A stretch of 64,000 nucleotides of DNA from contig NC_043008.1 of NCBI RefSeq assembly GCF_006345805.1, positions 17,298,001 to 17,362,000 on the forward strand, given 5' to 3'. A program made the position numbers and the translations under genes. This DNA is from Octopus sinensis (taxonomy: Eukaryota). Under the pieces are notes generated by a model. It was not told the DNA's origin. It saw only the letters and a program-made list of their open reading frames with translations, and did no database searches. This document shows, piece by piece, positions 40,586-53,880 of this stretch (its first letter is position 1; each line of letters begins with the position of its first letter).

Positions 40586-40705
40586 CTGATATAATAAGTA
40601 CTAGGCTTACAAAGAATAAGTCCTGTGGTCGATTTGCTCGACTAAAGGCGGTGCTCCAGAATGGCCAGAGTCAAATGACTGAAAGAAGTAAAAGAGTGAA
40701 AGAGT
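40586..40705 (+). mobile_element. 3' ~120 bp of GGCGCAGGAGTGG-family SINE joined to U6
   Basis: AATAAGTACTAGGCTTACAAAGAATAAGTCC...GACTAAAGGCGGTGCTCCAG...AAAAGAG matches 10624-10733. Confidence 0.9.
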
Positions 40706-41129
40706 ATAACAAGTTATATATGGGAAGGATTAGTCATCCGGATGTTAACGTATGTCTTATACATATATACATGTGTACATATATAAAGACACACATCAAT
40801 GTCCGGCTGATTGTTACAGTAATGTTTTAGTTAATCAATGATGGATATATTCGTGTTATTAAATATGTTTTCTTTTTAATCTTTTTGTCTTTCTGAACCT
40901 AAACGAAAACCACAGTATTTTGCTATTGGTGACGTAGTAGATGTCTATAGGTTCTCCGTAATGATGGCGTTGTAATTGTGATGTAATGATCAAAAATAAT
41001 ATATAAACTATACCATGCTTATTTTTGCAATATGCATACATTCATGCATACATACATGCATACATACATGTGTGTGTGTGTTTGTAGATAGTCTTTGGTT
41101 CATCCTCTTGATATTAGACCGCCCTGTTT

Positions 41130-41380
41130 CGAAGAAGAAGAAGAGAAGAAGAAGAAGAAGAAGAAGAAGAAGAAGAAGAAGAAGAAGAAGAAACGAAGAA
41201 GAAGAAGAAGAAGAAGAAGAAGAAGAAGAAGAAAAAGAAGAAGAAGAAGAAAAAGAAGAAAAAGAAGAAGAAGAACAAGAAGAACAAGAAGAAAAAGAAC
41301 AAGAACAAGAAGAAGAAGAAGAAGATGAAGATGAAGAAAAAGAACAAGAAGAAGAAGAAGAAGAAGATGAAGAAGAAGAG
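41130..41380. repeat. (GAA)n microsatellite
   Basis: Direct inspection. Confidence 0.95.
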
Positions 41381-41509
41381 TTTCTACTTTCTTCTCTTAT
41401 ATAGATATTCTAACAATTGATCTTGTTGCCAGATCATTAAATGAGTGTCCTTTATTTTCTATATATTGGGAACTGATCTGACCTACTACTATCTCTAGCG
41501 GACGAACAT

Positions 41510-41562
41510 CCACCACCGAGGATGATCACAAAGAGCTTGAAACCGTACGTACGGTCTGGTGG
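41510..41562 (+). ncRNA. Degenerate hammerhead ribozyme motif with palindromic stem III
   Basis: CCACCA-CCGAGGA-TGATC..GCTT-GAAA-CCGTACGTACG-GTC-TGGTGG; one core substitution, weak stem II. Confidence 0.55.
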
Positions 41563-42052
41563 TGTCGTGACTGGAAGATGGTAGGGATTCACACCCTTTC
41601 TTGCAATATATATCGGGTGCAGATTACATCGAATCACCAGCTGGCTCAGGCGTCTCCTTAGGCTTAAAAAAGATAATGATATCAGTTGCTACGGAACAGC
41701 CATGCTGAACTGGCGATAAACATCAATGCATAATGTTGTTTTGATAAAACTCGTGCTTTGATGTTTAAGCAATCATACCCCGTGCTGATACATTTAATGC
41801 AACAGATGCATTTTGTAAATGCAAACTCTTTATTGAATCTGTCTCTCAATAACTTTTTGCCATGTATGAAAACCATGTGCATCAATGTTTGAAGTTTAAT
41901 TATTTTAATATTTACAAAATCACGCTGTTATTTTTCTAGAAGAAAATATCTTGGAATATTATCATATATTACTATAGATTAGCTAACTTGTGTAATATTT
42001 CATTTGATTTTCTCACATAACACCAGCCTATACCAATAAAAATATATAACTA

Positions 42053-42720
42053 ACAAGGTGCATTCTACAAGTTTTCTGGCTTTTTAAGAATCATTCGTTC
42101 GTTTCAGAGAAATATAAATCTCTATTCTCTATACATTGATCTCAATGCACTTGCTGTTGCATTCCAGCCACTTCATGTACGCCTCGTGGCTGTTCTCAAA
42201 ATGAAAGCATCCAAAACCCTTGTTATTGCATCAGTCATTTTCAAAACGACTGCTCCTGGATTTCTCTTTCAACTTGGAAAACGACAAAAGTTCAGTGGGG
42301 ACAAGGTACACACTGATGCGAGGGTGAGGGCCAGCTGTAATGCACATTTCAGTTAAGTAGTTGGTTACCAGGATGCTTATAACACACTTTGCACAACTTT
42401 TGCGCATGTTCAGCTCTTATAAATATTTCAATGTATTCTTACCACACCAAACCCAAACACTATGCGCATTGTCTTCATGGACACCTGGCAGTCTTCATCC
42501 AGAAAATTGCAAACTTTCTCAACCAGCTCTGTCTTTCTGTCGTCCATCGCTGATCCACACCTCTCATCGACTCTCCTCTTTACTTTCCTTGAATCTATTG
42601 TGTCATTGAAAAAGTTATTCTATAAGCAGTCTGGAACACTTCATAAGTTTTTGCAATGTTTTATCGAATTTAGCACTACGTTTATTGCATACCCAGCTTA
42701 CAAATGCCCTAACAACAATC
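42053..42720 (-). mobile_element. Old mariner remnant
   Basis: Minus-strand PHPRISVYLVPTELLSFSKLK resembles the mariner HPPYSPDLAPxDFxLFxxLK motif. Confidence 0.5.
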
Positions 42721-42827
42721 TGCAAACTATTCACCTGTCAAACATTCTTACGCAGGATGTATTCAAAGTGTTGACAAAGGAGTCTCCTTCAAACTGAAAC
42801 AACAAAATTTGGCTGGTCAGCTTATCT

Positions 42828-43010
42828 GGGGTCCGCGGAGACCTGGTGGTCCGCAAAGGTAATACTAGCGATCCGTGAACAAAATTCAAAATTTCATATA
42901 TATATAAATATATATATTTATATACGGATAACCATATTAAAAGGTGTGTGTGTGAAATTTCATTTAAATAAAAGGTTTGGAAACCGCTGTGAAAAAGTTA
43001 GGAGCCACTG
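42828..43010. mobile_element. Possible hAT-type MITE remnant
   Basis: Repeated GGTCCGC motifs and an end AAGTTAGGAGCCACTG (CAGTGG-type terminus). Confidence 0.4.
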
Positions 43011-44387
43011 ATCTAGTACAAAATGTCTTAAAAATTAAATATACACCTCGTATTTTCACTTATCATTGGATATTTTGTGAATAGAAGTTTGCACCCTTTT
43101 ATCGTTTGATATCCTATAAGCGAATGTACAGAAGATACGTTCTTGCAGTATTGTATCTTTCTTTTCTATCCATTTTTTTTTCTAGTTTCAGTAATTGATC
43201 AGTGACTACGCTTAGACTACATTCGAGTCTTTCAATCGAATAAATAAATTAATAATTTGTCTCATAATCATATAATCGTTCACTTAATTAGTTCATATTG
43301 ACGTAGGAGTAGATTATTCGAACATGGCGTTTATATGAAACTGAAAATATTCCTTATACGTAAAGGAATATTTTTGGGTCCAGAAAAATATTTTCTCTTG
43401 AAACAATGAGCAATAATAATCCATTGTATATACGTCAAACTTTAAAATCATTTTCTTGAAAGAAATTAAGAAATTTCTTGTAAAGTGTGTAAAGAATATC
43501 AACTGGAACGCATACCAAAATATCTCCAAGTAGGGTTTGATCCTTTCAAAATACACTATTCTTTCTTAAGTTCGTTGTGCAATGATATATATAACTCAAA
43601 ATGTGTGATGAGTCATATAAAAGTATCATTCAAGATGTGTTAAGTCCAAAATATGAGACGAATCGTTCTGAACACTTCGTCATGATTTAGCGAATTTCAT
43701 TCCTATCTCTTTTCATTTATGTTACATTTTCAATTATCTACGCAAGATATTAATCGATTACTTTTAGTTTTGTTTTTAAATTAATTTATTACAAAGCTAG
43801 TCTAACTAAAACAATACATTCAATGTTTATAATTTAAGTTCATTTTATATTTGCACATTTTCTTTGGCTCACATTTTCTTCACACTGAGACCTAAATGAC
43901 TCGTTTCTTTCGTGTACACTGCATAAAAGAATTATACAGTTAAATATATAACGCAAGCAAAAATGAAAGTTAACAAAGTCTGTATTGTAATTAGCGTTTC
44001 ATTGATAAGATTAATTAACTATCAGTCAAGCTTAATCTCATTTGTTTCATAAACGTCAGAAATCAAATTAATGATCGTATTTTGTTAAATTTATTTATTT
44101 GTCTCTACGATTAAAGTTAAATTGTGTTTGAATATTTCTGTATTTAAATTACCTTATCGCAAACTCCTATAGAATTGCCACTCACTCAACTGAATATTTA
44201 ATTTCATATTTCCTGATTAAAATTAAATTTCGGATATCTGTCTAGATAGCTTAATGGTAAATATTTCGGTCTGGATTCTCCATTGCATAAATACAATTCT
44301 GTATCATAGTATTGTCGAAATACTGCATAAGTATTGATGACGCTAAATACTAATTGATTTTTTCGCTATATGTTTCAAGCAGTATAA

Positions 44388-44619
44388 GGCGGTGAGCTGG
44401 CAGAAACATTAGCACGCCGGGCTAAATGTGTAGCCGTATTTCGTCTGCCGTTACGTTCTGAGTTCAAATTCCGCCGAGGTCGACAGTGCCTTTCATCCTT
44501 TCGGGGTCGATAAATTAAGTACCAGTTACGCACTGGAGTCGATGAAATCGACTTAATCCGCTTGTCTCTCCTTGTTTGTCCCCTCTATGTTTAGCCCCTT
44601 GTGTGTAATAAAGAAACAG
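44388..44619 (+). mobile_element. Full-length Nin-domain SINE with Tx1-like tail; 20-bp TSD
   Basis: TSD ATATGTTTC(A/G)AGCAGTATAA at 44368-44387 and 44620-44639. Confidence 0.92.
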
Positions 44620-46479
44620 ATATGTTTCGAGCAGTATAACTCACGTCCTTCTCTCAAAACCAGATACAGATTATTCTTATTTTTACTCTCACAGTCTATC
44701 AGTAGTGTGATTGAATCTTAAGCGAGTTTAGAGTTCTTCAGATACTTTAAACTAGCGAGCTCACGGTATGGTGCACCAGTCAGTTGTAACCATCTGTCAG
44801 AGATTCCCTTTGTGCTTGCATACTTTTCGTCACGTTTAACAAACATATCAATGAACATATCAATAGAAATACGCCGAGGTCACGCCAAGAGATCACTGTC
44901 ACAAATGTCATGCCTATATGCCACAAATGTAGGGAATACCTACAAGATAAGCACTACCTCATATTGTCCTACCAGCCTCTTTCGAAGTAGAAATATGAAA
45001 GTATCGATTAATTTACTGAAGCATAAACAACTCGGATTTCTAATACATAAAGATTGTCTGAGAGTAACGAAAGTGAGTAACGACTTGAGATCTTTATTTT
45101 TGTGACTGTGGGGATATCTCAAGGATAACAATATCCAAGTTTCTTGTCATTCACATTGATAGATAATTAGTATTATAAAGATATCATTCACCCATTAGTT
45201 TAGGAGGTTTTGGTCTTTTTATTTAGTTATTGATTTGAACATATAGCGGAGCACTGTTTTTGCAGGCTTCTGTCTATCATATCAAAACAGTATTTCAAAC
45301 TGTCATTTGTATTATCTCCCGCAAGTGATGGTAATCTCTGTGGTGCCAAAAGAAATAAAATAGACTCGCCATAGTTACTTCACAGTGAGTTTGAATATTG
45401 ATCCACAAGGACCTAAAGCCGGTCTACTAAAACCCTACTTGTGATATTAAGAAATTACAGAAAGCACATTTTCCCATGGGGAGGGACTAAAACAAGAGGA
45501 CCTAAGATCAAAATCCTACACAAGTTATAAAAAGAAACAGTGAGTAGGGACGATGCGAGAAATCCAAAGCAACTTAATGTCTATGATTTCGCGCCTATAA
45601 GACTTGTGATGCTGCGAAACGTATATTTGAAGCTCTGGTGTAACCTCGCTTCATCATATATCTTTTTTCTTTTTCGAGTTAACATATGTATACAATTGTA
45701 CGATTAGTCTATACTTTCATGCAGCAGTGATGATATTGTGTAAAGATATTGAATAACAGACTGGATTTAATATCTAGCCCCATAAGGGCAGCGATTATTG
45801 AAGTAGCGTACGTATAGGATGCCGCATTATTACGGCAGATAGAGTGACATTAAATGGAGATTCTAGTTAACCTTTAACAAACAACCGTTTAATTATCTCA
45901 TGATATAGAATGATGCATTTGACATTTATGTCTGTCTATATGGATATGTACGTATGTATGTATTTATTTATGTATGCATGTGTGTATGCATGTGTATATA
46001 TATAAGGAGAGGGAGAGAGAGAGAGCGAGAAAGAGGCATACGTACATATACACGTACATATACATATATGTAGACGTACACAAACACACACATCCAAGCA
46101 TGCACACTTACATACACACTTATATATATATATGCGTGCAGCTATTTTCATTTATTGAATTTTAGTATGAACCTTCTAGTTTGCTTTAGAAAGGCCATCT
46201 ATGGATAAAAGGTTTCAAGCCGATATATCAGGAGATTGCTTACCACTGTTCCTTAATTTGATACTGATGCTATGCAGAATTTAATATATCTAACATATGA
46301 TATGATGATATTTCTGCAGTAGTCTGTTGTTAGAGTGGAGATGACACAATAGTATTATTATGTAATAAGGCATGCATGCTAAACCCAATCGCTTTTCTTT
46401 ACCCTTTTACCATTTTAAAGAATTGCTACCTATACTATATTTTTGTAGTCAAATCTGTCAGGCATGATTGATATATACA

Positions 46480-46521
<42 letters not shown>

Positions 46522-46893
46522 ACACACGCACACATATATATATACATATATAAAAGAAAAATGGAGTGAAAAATTACGGAAGATTTGTGTTTTATGGCTA
46601 ATCGTTATGTTAGAAAATTTTATAAAATTTGTGTGTAGAGACGTTGTTTTTCGAGAAATAACATGTTTCGCAATATCTTTTCAAATATCTTAAATTCCTT
46701 TACAGATATTGTGTCATCTCTTCGCGAGGCTGTGCCCTGCCCATATATGACTCTCAATTACAGGATTGCCACGCAATAATCAGCATTTGGGTATGAATAA
46801 ATAGTTACATTACCAGCAGTATATTGGATAAGTACTATCCCTTAGTTGGTTGGCTTTCCAACCTCTCACTCTCACAGAAATATATATATATAT

Positions 46894-46926
<33 letters not shown>

Positions 46927-47033
46927 GGTGGATAGATAGATATACATATTTATGTACATGCATATATACATACTCGCACAAACATATATATATATTATTA
47001 TGTATGTATGTATGCATACATGCATGTATGTAT

Positions 47034-47086
<53 letters not shown>

Positions 47087-47145
47087 GTATATAATATATA
47101 TATATGTATGTATGTATATATATATATATAATGTCTCTATATATA

Positions 47146-47197
<52 letters not shown>

Positions 47198-47499
47198 ACA
47201 CACATACATATATATTATATTATATATATGTATGAGTGTGTTTATATAGAGACATTATATATATATATATATATACATACATACATATATATATATATAT
47301 ACATACATGCATGCATACTACATACATACATACATACATACATACATACATACATACATACATACAAGCATACATATATATGTATGTCTATATCATTCAA
47401 TTCTCACTGAATGTTAAAACCCTTAGAGCATATTTTCTTATACTGACTCTTGGGAATAATCTCTTCCCCATTAGCGAAGCTAGATTACGAGACTGGACT

Positions 47500-48550
47500 A
47501 CTTTCACCTGAAAAATTACAAGCTCTTCAGTAGTGACTACTCTATCACCGAATGGTTTGGTTAAATCCAGACGGTCAGTGAATATATTTACCATATAACC
47601 CGCAAACATATTCCTCCTCATGCATTTTGAGTATCGAATGTTATCAGGTTCAGTATATTTTCAAAGATATGCACTTTCAATTCTTTTCCAAATTGCAGCT
47701 GTTTGATGCAAAGTGTTCGGCAAGTTCTGTCGAAATACTATTATTGTGCCTGACGTGATATCTCTGCCCATTAAATATTTTTTAATTGTTCTTTTGTACA
47801 GTCAACATAAATCACATTATGTTTCGTGCATTCTGCTAAGTACAACAAATGGGAACCTCTGCATAGCCCACCTGCATAAATCATAACATTTCTGGTATGA
47901 TTCCTGATGGAATTCACTTGACTCACATTGTTGCACAATAAACAGCTCTTCTCTTGCGGTTGTTTTTCAAGGTACAATGTACAGATACTCCAATATTAGT
48001 TTTCTAGAAGTCAGAAGTAGAGGTTGATAATTCTTTTATAATTTTATTCCGTCTAAAAGTCTACAATAGACGGATGAGGAAATATTTGAAATGAAGCTAT
48101 TTTTCCGCAACATAATAGTAACTTTCATACGACGCATTTGAAATGCCAGCGAATTTTCGGTGCCAGTTAATCACTAAAGGAATCGTGTCATATAAGTGCT
48201 GTGTTTGATAAAATTATACGTGAAGTTATGTCTTCCTTTGCTAATCTTAGCTATGTCATTTACTATTTCCTTTAATCGTCATTCACTGTAACCGCATTTG
48301 AAATAATGCTGTACAAAAGCGTTTGCATGTTTCCAATAATCCGCTATGTTGCTACAAATCCGTTTTATACTCAAAGTTCATGGGTGGCATTCCATCAATG
48401 TGAGGACGCTGGTTGCTCTCGTTCATATTTTAGATTCGAATTTTTATAGTGTTGAATTTTTATCAGTTTCTATTTTGAACTTAACAAAGACAGGATTGCT
48501 TTTGAAATATCGTTCTACAATATCTATTGCAACCGGAGGCGCTCTTCCTC
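47500..48550 (-). mobile_element. Penelope-like element remnant (thumb plus GIY-YIG endonuclease)
   Basis: IKRICSN..., CLLC linker, HLLYLAECTKHNVIYVDCTKEQL (GIY-YIG-like); many stops. Confidence 0.7.
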
Positions 48551-49533
48551 TTCTCCATTTAACTTTGCGAAGAATTACGCCAATACTTTTAAAATATTAT
48601 TATTATTATTACACAAATATACTCACACAGACACACATACACACACATATATACACAAACACATACACACGCAAACGCACACACACATCTGAACGTCTAT
48701 GTTTAGACATATGTTTATCTGCTGGATATATTTAGTTGATCTGAAAAAAATATTCATGACGTCATTACACAAGGAGCAATACCAATATGAAAGAAGACCA
48801 GAAACGAGTGAAGATTACAAAACTGAAATTACAGCTCATTAGGAACACTAATACATGGTTATCATAAGACAAAAATTATGACATAAAGTAAAAGAAGCCA
48901 TATTACATGACTCTATCAGCAATGGCCCTTAAGGTAAATGAATCCACGAATTAGTTAATTATTTTAAACATATAAATTTAAATCTATGATCATTATGGGC
49001 GATGCAGATTTCCTGGTAATATAACGTTGTGCGTTATGATAATCTAATCCGTAACTAAAATTACCTTAACCGCCTCTGATGAACAATGTGTAATATTTTA
49101 ATATATATATCAACAAACACGACAACATTCGACTAAATTAGTAGAGAAATTATTAATACGCAGCGAACTGTTAAAATGGAAAACGCTCCCTAACACATGG
49201 ACAATCGCGCAGATCAGCCTCTGCATGGAATCTATTGATTGATGTGGCTGTTGGATTTACGAGATGCAACGTTTCTGCGGTTGAAACAACTTTGTGTGCA
49301 TAGATGTAGATAATTTTTTTTTCTTTAGAAGCTTACTCATCTTATAGCTATATGCATATTTATGGAATTTTGTCATACTTATAGATATAGCATCCGAGTG
49401 TTTCGAAAAGGGAAAAGGAGTTACCTTCCTTTTCATGATCTACGATACAAAATACCGTTTTTTTTCAAAGAAACTGTTCTTCACATTTAATATTCTTTAC
49501 GCATATATCTAAAAGATAAAAATCACACTCATG

Positions 49534-49534
<1 letters not shown>

Positions 49535-49595
<61 letters not shown>

Positions 49596-49695
49596 CATAT
49601 ATATGCACATATATATATAATATATATATATAATTAGATACATATATATATATATATTATATGATAATATAATTATATATATATATATATATATG

Positions 49696-49743
<48 letters not shown>

Positions 49744-49809
49744 ATAGGTAATATATATAATATATGTATATATATATATATGTATTGTATATATATAATA
49801 TATATATGT

Positions 49810-49847
<38 letters not shown>

Positions 49848-49951
49848 TATATAATATATATATATTTATGATATATATATATATACATATATATGCACTA
49901 TATATATATATATATAGATTATATAATTAATACATATATATATATATATGT

Positions 49952-50008
<57 letters not shown>

Positions 50009-50125
50009 TATATATATATATATATGTATATGTATTAGTATATATATTATTAATATGTATAGATATATTATATGTATATATGTATATATATATCTTATAT
50101 ATATATGTATATATATATATATATT

Positions 50126-50184
<59 letters not shown>

Positions 50185-50195
50185 ATATATATATA
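49535..50195. repeat. Long (TA)n-rich array
   Basis: Direct inspection. Confidence 0.95.
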
Positions 50196-50689
50196 ATGCT
50201 GTCATTATATATTCCAAAAGAGTTAGAGAATTTCAGATATCATAGAATGTAGGTTTTACACTTTTATATATTTCCCCTTGAAATTGGTATAACATTCAGG
50301 TGTTGTGCACTTTAAGTTGAACTCTTAACATTTATATTATTAAAACCTATCCGGAAGAATTTATAGTTCCAAAAAGTTTCATACAGAGTGCATGAGTCAT
50401 ACTTAAATATTTTCGAAATATAAACAATTCAAAATATGAAATAAAGAAATAGATAAAAATATATAGTAACTGAAAAAATACACACATTTCCCTGAAGACA
50501 TGATTCTTAACTGAAGAATTTTAAACCTGTCGAGTGTCAAATATATTTGTATAATCATTTTTAATATCGATGCTAATATTCCAATATAAGTAGACATGAT
50601 ATGCCAACAACCATTTTGAATATCTAATGGGAGACTTAAAGAACAAACAAATAATTTTCGTTTATCCATGGAACTTGAAAATCTGTACT

Positions 50690-51175
50690 ACTATCACAAA
50701 GCTATGATGTTTGAAGTATATATAACAAAATCGGACTTTGGAAAAATTCGTAAATGTATAATAGATAGAATTATACCTTAAGTCAAAAGCAAAGTTGTTC
50801 TTTCCCTATGGAATTCGATGGGAGATGTAATAACGTGGTGTGATTCCATTATGGATGAAGAACACACTCATTTCTTACAATTTGATATCTCTAATTATCA
50901 TAGATATAATTATCATAGATATACTATGATTATTATATCTATATCTTCATTGATTTTAATGAACATAATTGGATTAAATCTGATTCAATGGATTCTGGCA
51001 TAACTATGCGGTTATCAGATTCAGCTCAGATGACTGATTTAGTAAGTTTGTATCACTTGCTTCAAATTAAAAATAGTTTCCCTAATATATCTGGTGGTCT
51101 CTATAGGGATGATGCGCTCCATGCTTCAAAGGGATTATCTAAACCGGTGGTAGAAAGATTACGAAATCCTTAAGG
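50690..51175 (+). mobile_element. Penelope-like reverse transcriptase remnant (YRDD type)
   Basis: TKSDFGKIRKCIIDRI, VITW...FLQFDI, ITM...DSAQMTDLVSLY, GLYRDDAL motifs. Confidence 0.72.
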
Positions 51176-51424
51176 TCGTGTTCTGCCCTTACATTCGAAA
51201 CACGCATTGAGTCGAAACAGGGCCAGCTGAAGAAGGGGAATGTTCTCTCTGTTGTTTGTCTTGTATTCGTTTATTTGTGGTGTCCTGTACTCAAATATGC
51301 ATGTATATATACATATAGATGTAGGTATGTATATATATATGTATGTATGTATGCATATGTTTTATTTATTAAATTGTTATTATATGATCGAACGCACACG
51401 TCGTTGTCATCTTCTTCCAAGTAA

Positions 51425-51462
<38 letters not shown>

Positions 51463-51614
51463 CAGCCATACATATGTATGTATGTGTATATGCCATGTGG
51501 GAATAAGCCGAAGATTGCCTGAAGGCATTAGACGGGTAATATAATGGCCTTTGAATCACTTCCATCACATGAGACAATTAGTAGCTCATGAAAATAGATA
51601 CTGTGTCCTTTACA

Positions 51615-51640
51615 CAATATATATATATGTACATGTAAAT

Positions 51641-51700
<60 letters not shown>

Positions 51701-51883
51701 ATAATATATATATAATGTATATATATATATACATATATACATAAATATATACATATGTATATATTAGACAACTATATACAATATATATGTAAAATATACA
51801 TATATTTATATATTATACATGCATATAATATACATACATATATATATACATATATATATCATGTTATAAATACATACATATAT

Positions 51884-51941
<58 letters not shown>

Positions 51942-52170
51942 CTGTGTGTGTATATATATATACATATATATATATATATGCACATAATATATATATATAT
52001 ATATATATACATATATATAGATATACATATATATATATATATATAGTATATATATATATATAATATTAGATATATATATATATAATATATATATATATAT
52101 CCTCGTTCGAGGAAAGTTCGAGGAAAGTTTCGTTCGAGGATAACTATATATATATATATATATATATGTG
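51615..52170. repeat. Long (TA)n-rich array
   Basis: Direct inspection. Confidence 0.95.
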
Positions 52171-53474
52171 TGTATATATTTCGTCTGGACAGTTACTCGA
52201 ACGTTTATTGAACAAATTTATTAAACAACAGTCGTTAAATGGGATGTCAAGCGTAAGTTAACTTCTCCGTACAAACAATTTCATGCTACATTCGGCTTTA
52301 CTATTGCTGTTGTGTCTCTCCTTGAATAAAGTTTGCGTTGCTTTAAAATAATTACATAAATTTAATATTTACATGTGTGCATGTGTTCGAGTGTGTTCTT
52401 GTCTGTATGTATGTGTGTAAGCGTGTTTGTGTGTGTGTGTGTGTGTTCCTGTGTGTGTGTGCCGGTATGTATGTCTGTACTTGTGTTATATGAGATATGA
52501 GAGGCCTTTTCGTTATGAATAGCTTTCTGTTATATTTTCACTTTTAACAGAATGCTCTCTGTAAAATGTTCTGCCTGTCAAGTTCGCGAATATTTCACCT
52601 GTACATATATGTGTGTCGGAATTTTTACTCGGTATGCTAAATGTAGTAATACAATTTGTCAACTTTGAAATTAAAACGTTTGCAAAGATGATTGTGAAAG
52701 GGTGATAAAATTAATGAGTTGAAATTATTTCTATTTAGAATCCGTGGAAGAACATAAATGCAAATACTCTTGAATACTTGTGAAAATCAGCAGTAAATTA
52801 ATGTAATGACTAACCTTACATACGACCCATTTTCAATAGCATTTCATTCGCTTTTCGCTTTGTTTACTTTGCTAATATACATGTCGGAGTTATCATTTCT
52901 CAAATTTCTTCTCCCATATAAATGGCGTAGGATTTATGCTCCCCGTGGGATAGAGAAATCATCATTATGACAGCGTCAACGTCATAATTGAGAGTGAAAT
53001 TCTCAAAGGAGACAACTCAATAACTTCTCATCATCATCATCATCGTATTGGTCGTCAACAGCCACAGCAGCACCGTCGTTGGTATACTCATAAGCATCGC
53101 TCGTTGACATCCTTCAAATCATTAGCGTCGTCATCACCTACAACCCTTTCAACAATGGCATATTTCTAAGACAGCAACAACTGTGAAATTTCAATTTGAG
53201 GCTTAAGGTCTCCTTTCCATTCAACTGATGTAGTCCTGACAACATTTCAAGACTTGATAGTTCCACTTAATAGTTCCACTCAGTAGGGTGGATAGTGCTC
53301 GATAATAGTGCATGCCTTTTCTATGCGGTTATTCTGGTCATTGGAATCAAGCTGGTCGAATTGGTTATTCATAAGCTATTGCAAATCCTTTCCTCTAAGA
53401 TTTTACGAAATATTAAAATGCTTATTGTAGGTAGATTTGTGATTCACAAGCTAATAGACAAACTGCTTGACCCA

Positions 53475-53609
53475 TATTATTATTATTATACAAGTCACTG
53501 CCTGGAACCGACCTCGGAATCTTGGGGTTAGTAGCCCGCGCTCTTAACCGCAAGAGTTCGATTCCAGGCAGTAACTTGAATAATAACGATGATGATGATG
53601 ATGATGATG

Positions 53610-53666
<57 letters not shown>

Positions 53667-53880
53667 TAATAATAATAATAGTAATAATAATAATAACAAC
53701 AACGAAAAATATTTTAGGAATGATAACCCAGGTTCGAAATTTCCTCAAGACACCTGATGAAGGCTGGAGGGTATATCAGTCGAAACGTTGTGTTGACAAT
53801 AAACAAGATGAGGATAAATATCTGTCAAATGTAAATAAAGTAAATAATGTACATAATTCCCCATTTCTTAAATATAGAAC
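53475..53880 (+). mobile_element. tRNA-headed SINE-like element with (AAT)n spacer and hammerhead-bearing tail; head partly duplicated in inverted orientation
   Basis: Minus-strand head GGTTAAGAGCGCGGGCTACTAACCCC...GGTCGGTTCC (53475-53549); plus-strand B box GAGTTCGATTCC (53554); hammerhead motif at 53749. Confidence 0.7.
53749..53794 (+). ncRNA. Minimal hammerhead ribozyme motif (PLE type)
   Basis: GACAC-CTGATGA-A-GGCTG-loop-CAGTC-GAAAC-GTT-GTGTT; AACGTT palindrome replaces stem III. Confidence 0.7.

Noticed and set aside
41015-41404. Poly-R/E/K ORF resembling a protamine-like or acidic protein
   Set aside because: Translation of a (GAA)n microsatellite with no supporting gene structure.
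44812-45105. 97-aa ORF
   Set aside because: No recognisable product; another frame has a weak CxxC..H hint suggesting an old LINE remnant.
46645-46728. Hammerhead-like motif on the minus strand (GAGATGA...CAATATCT/AGATATTG...GAAACATGTT)
   Set aside because: Two core mismatches and poor stem I register; possibly a decayed copy but not supportable.
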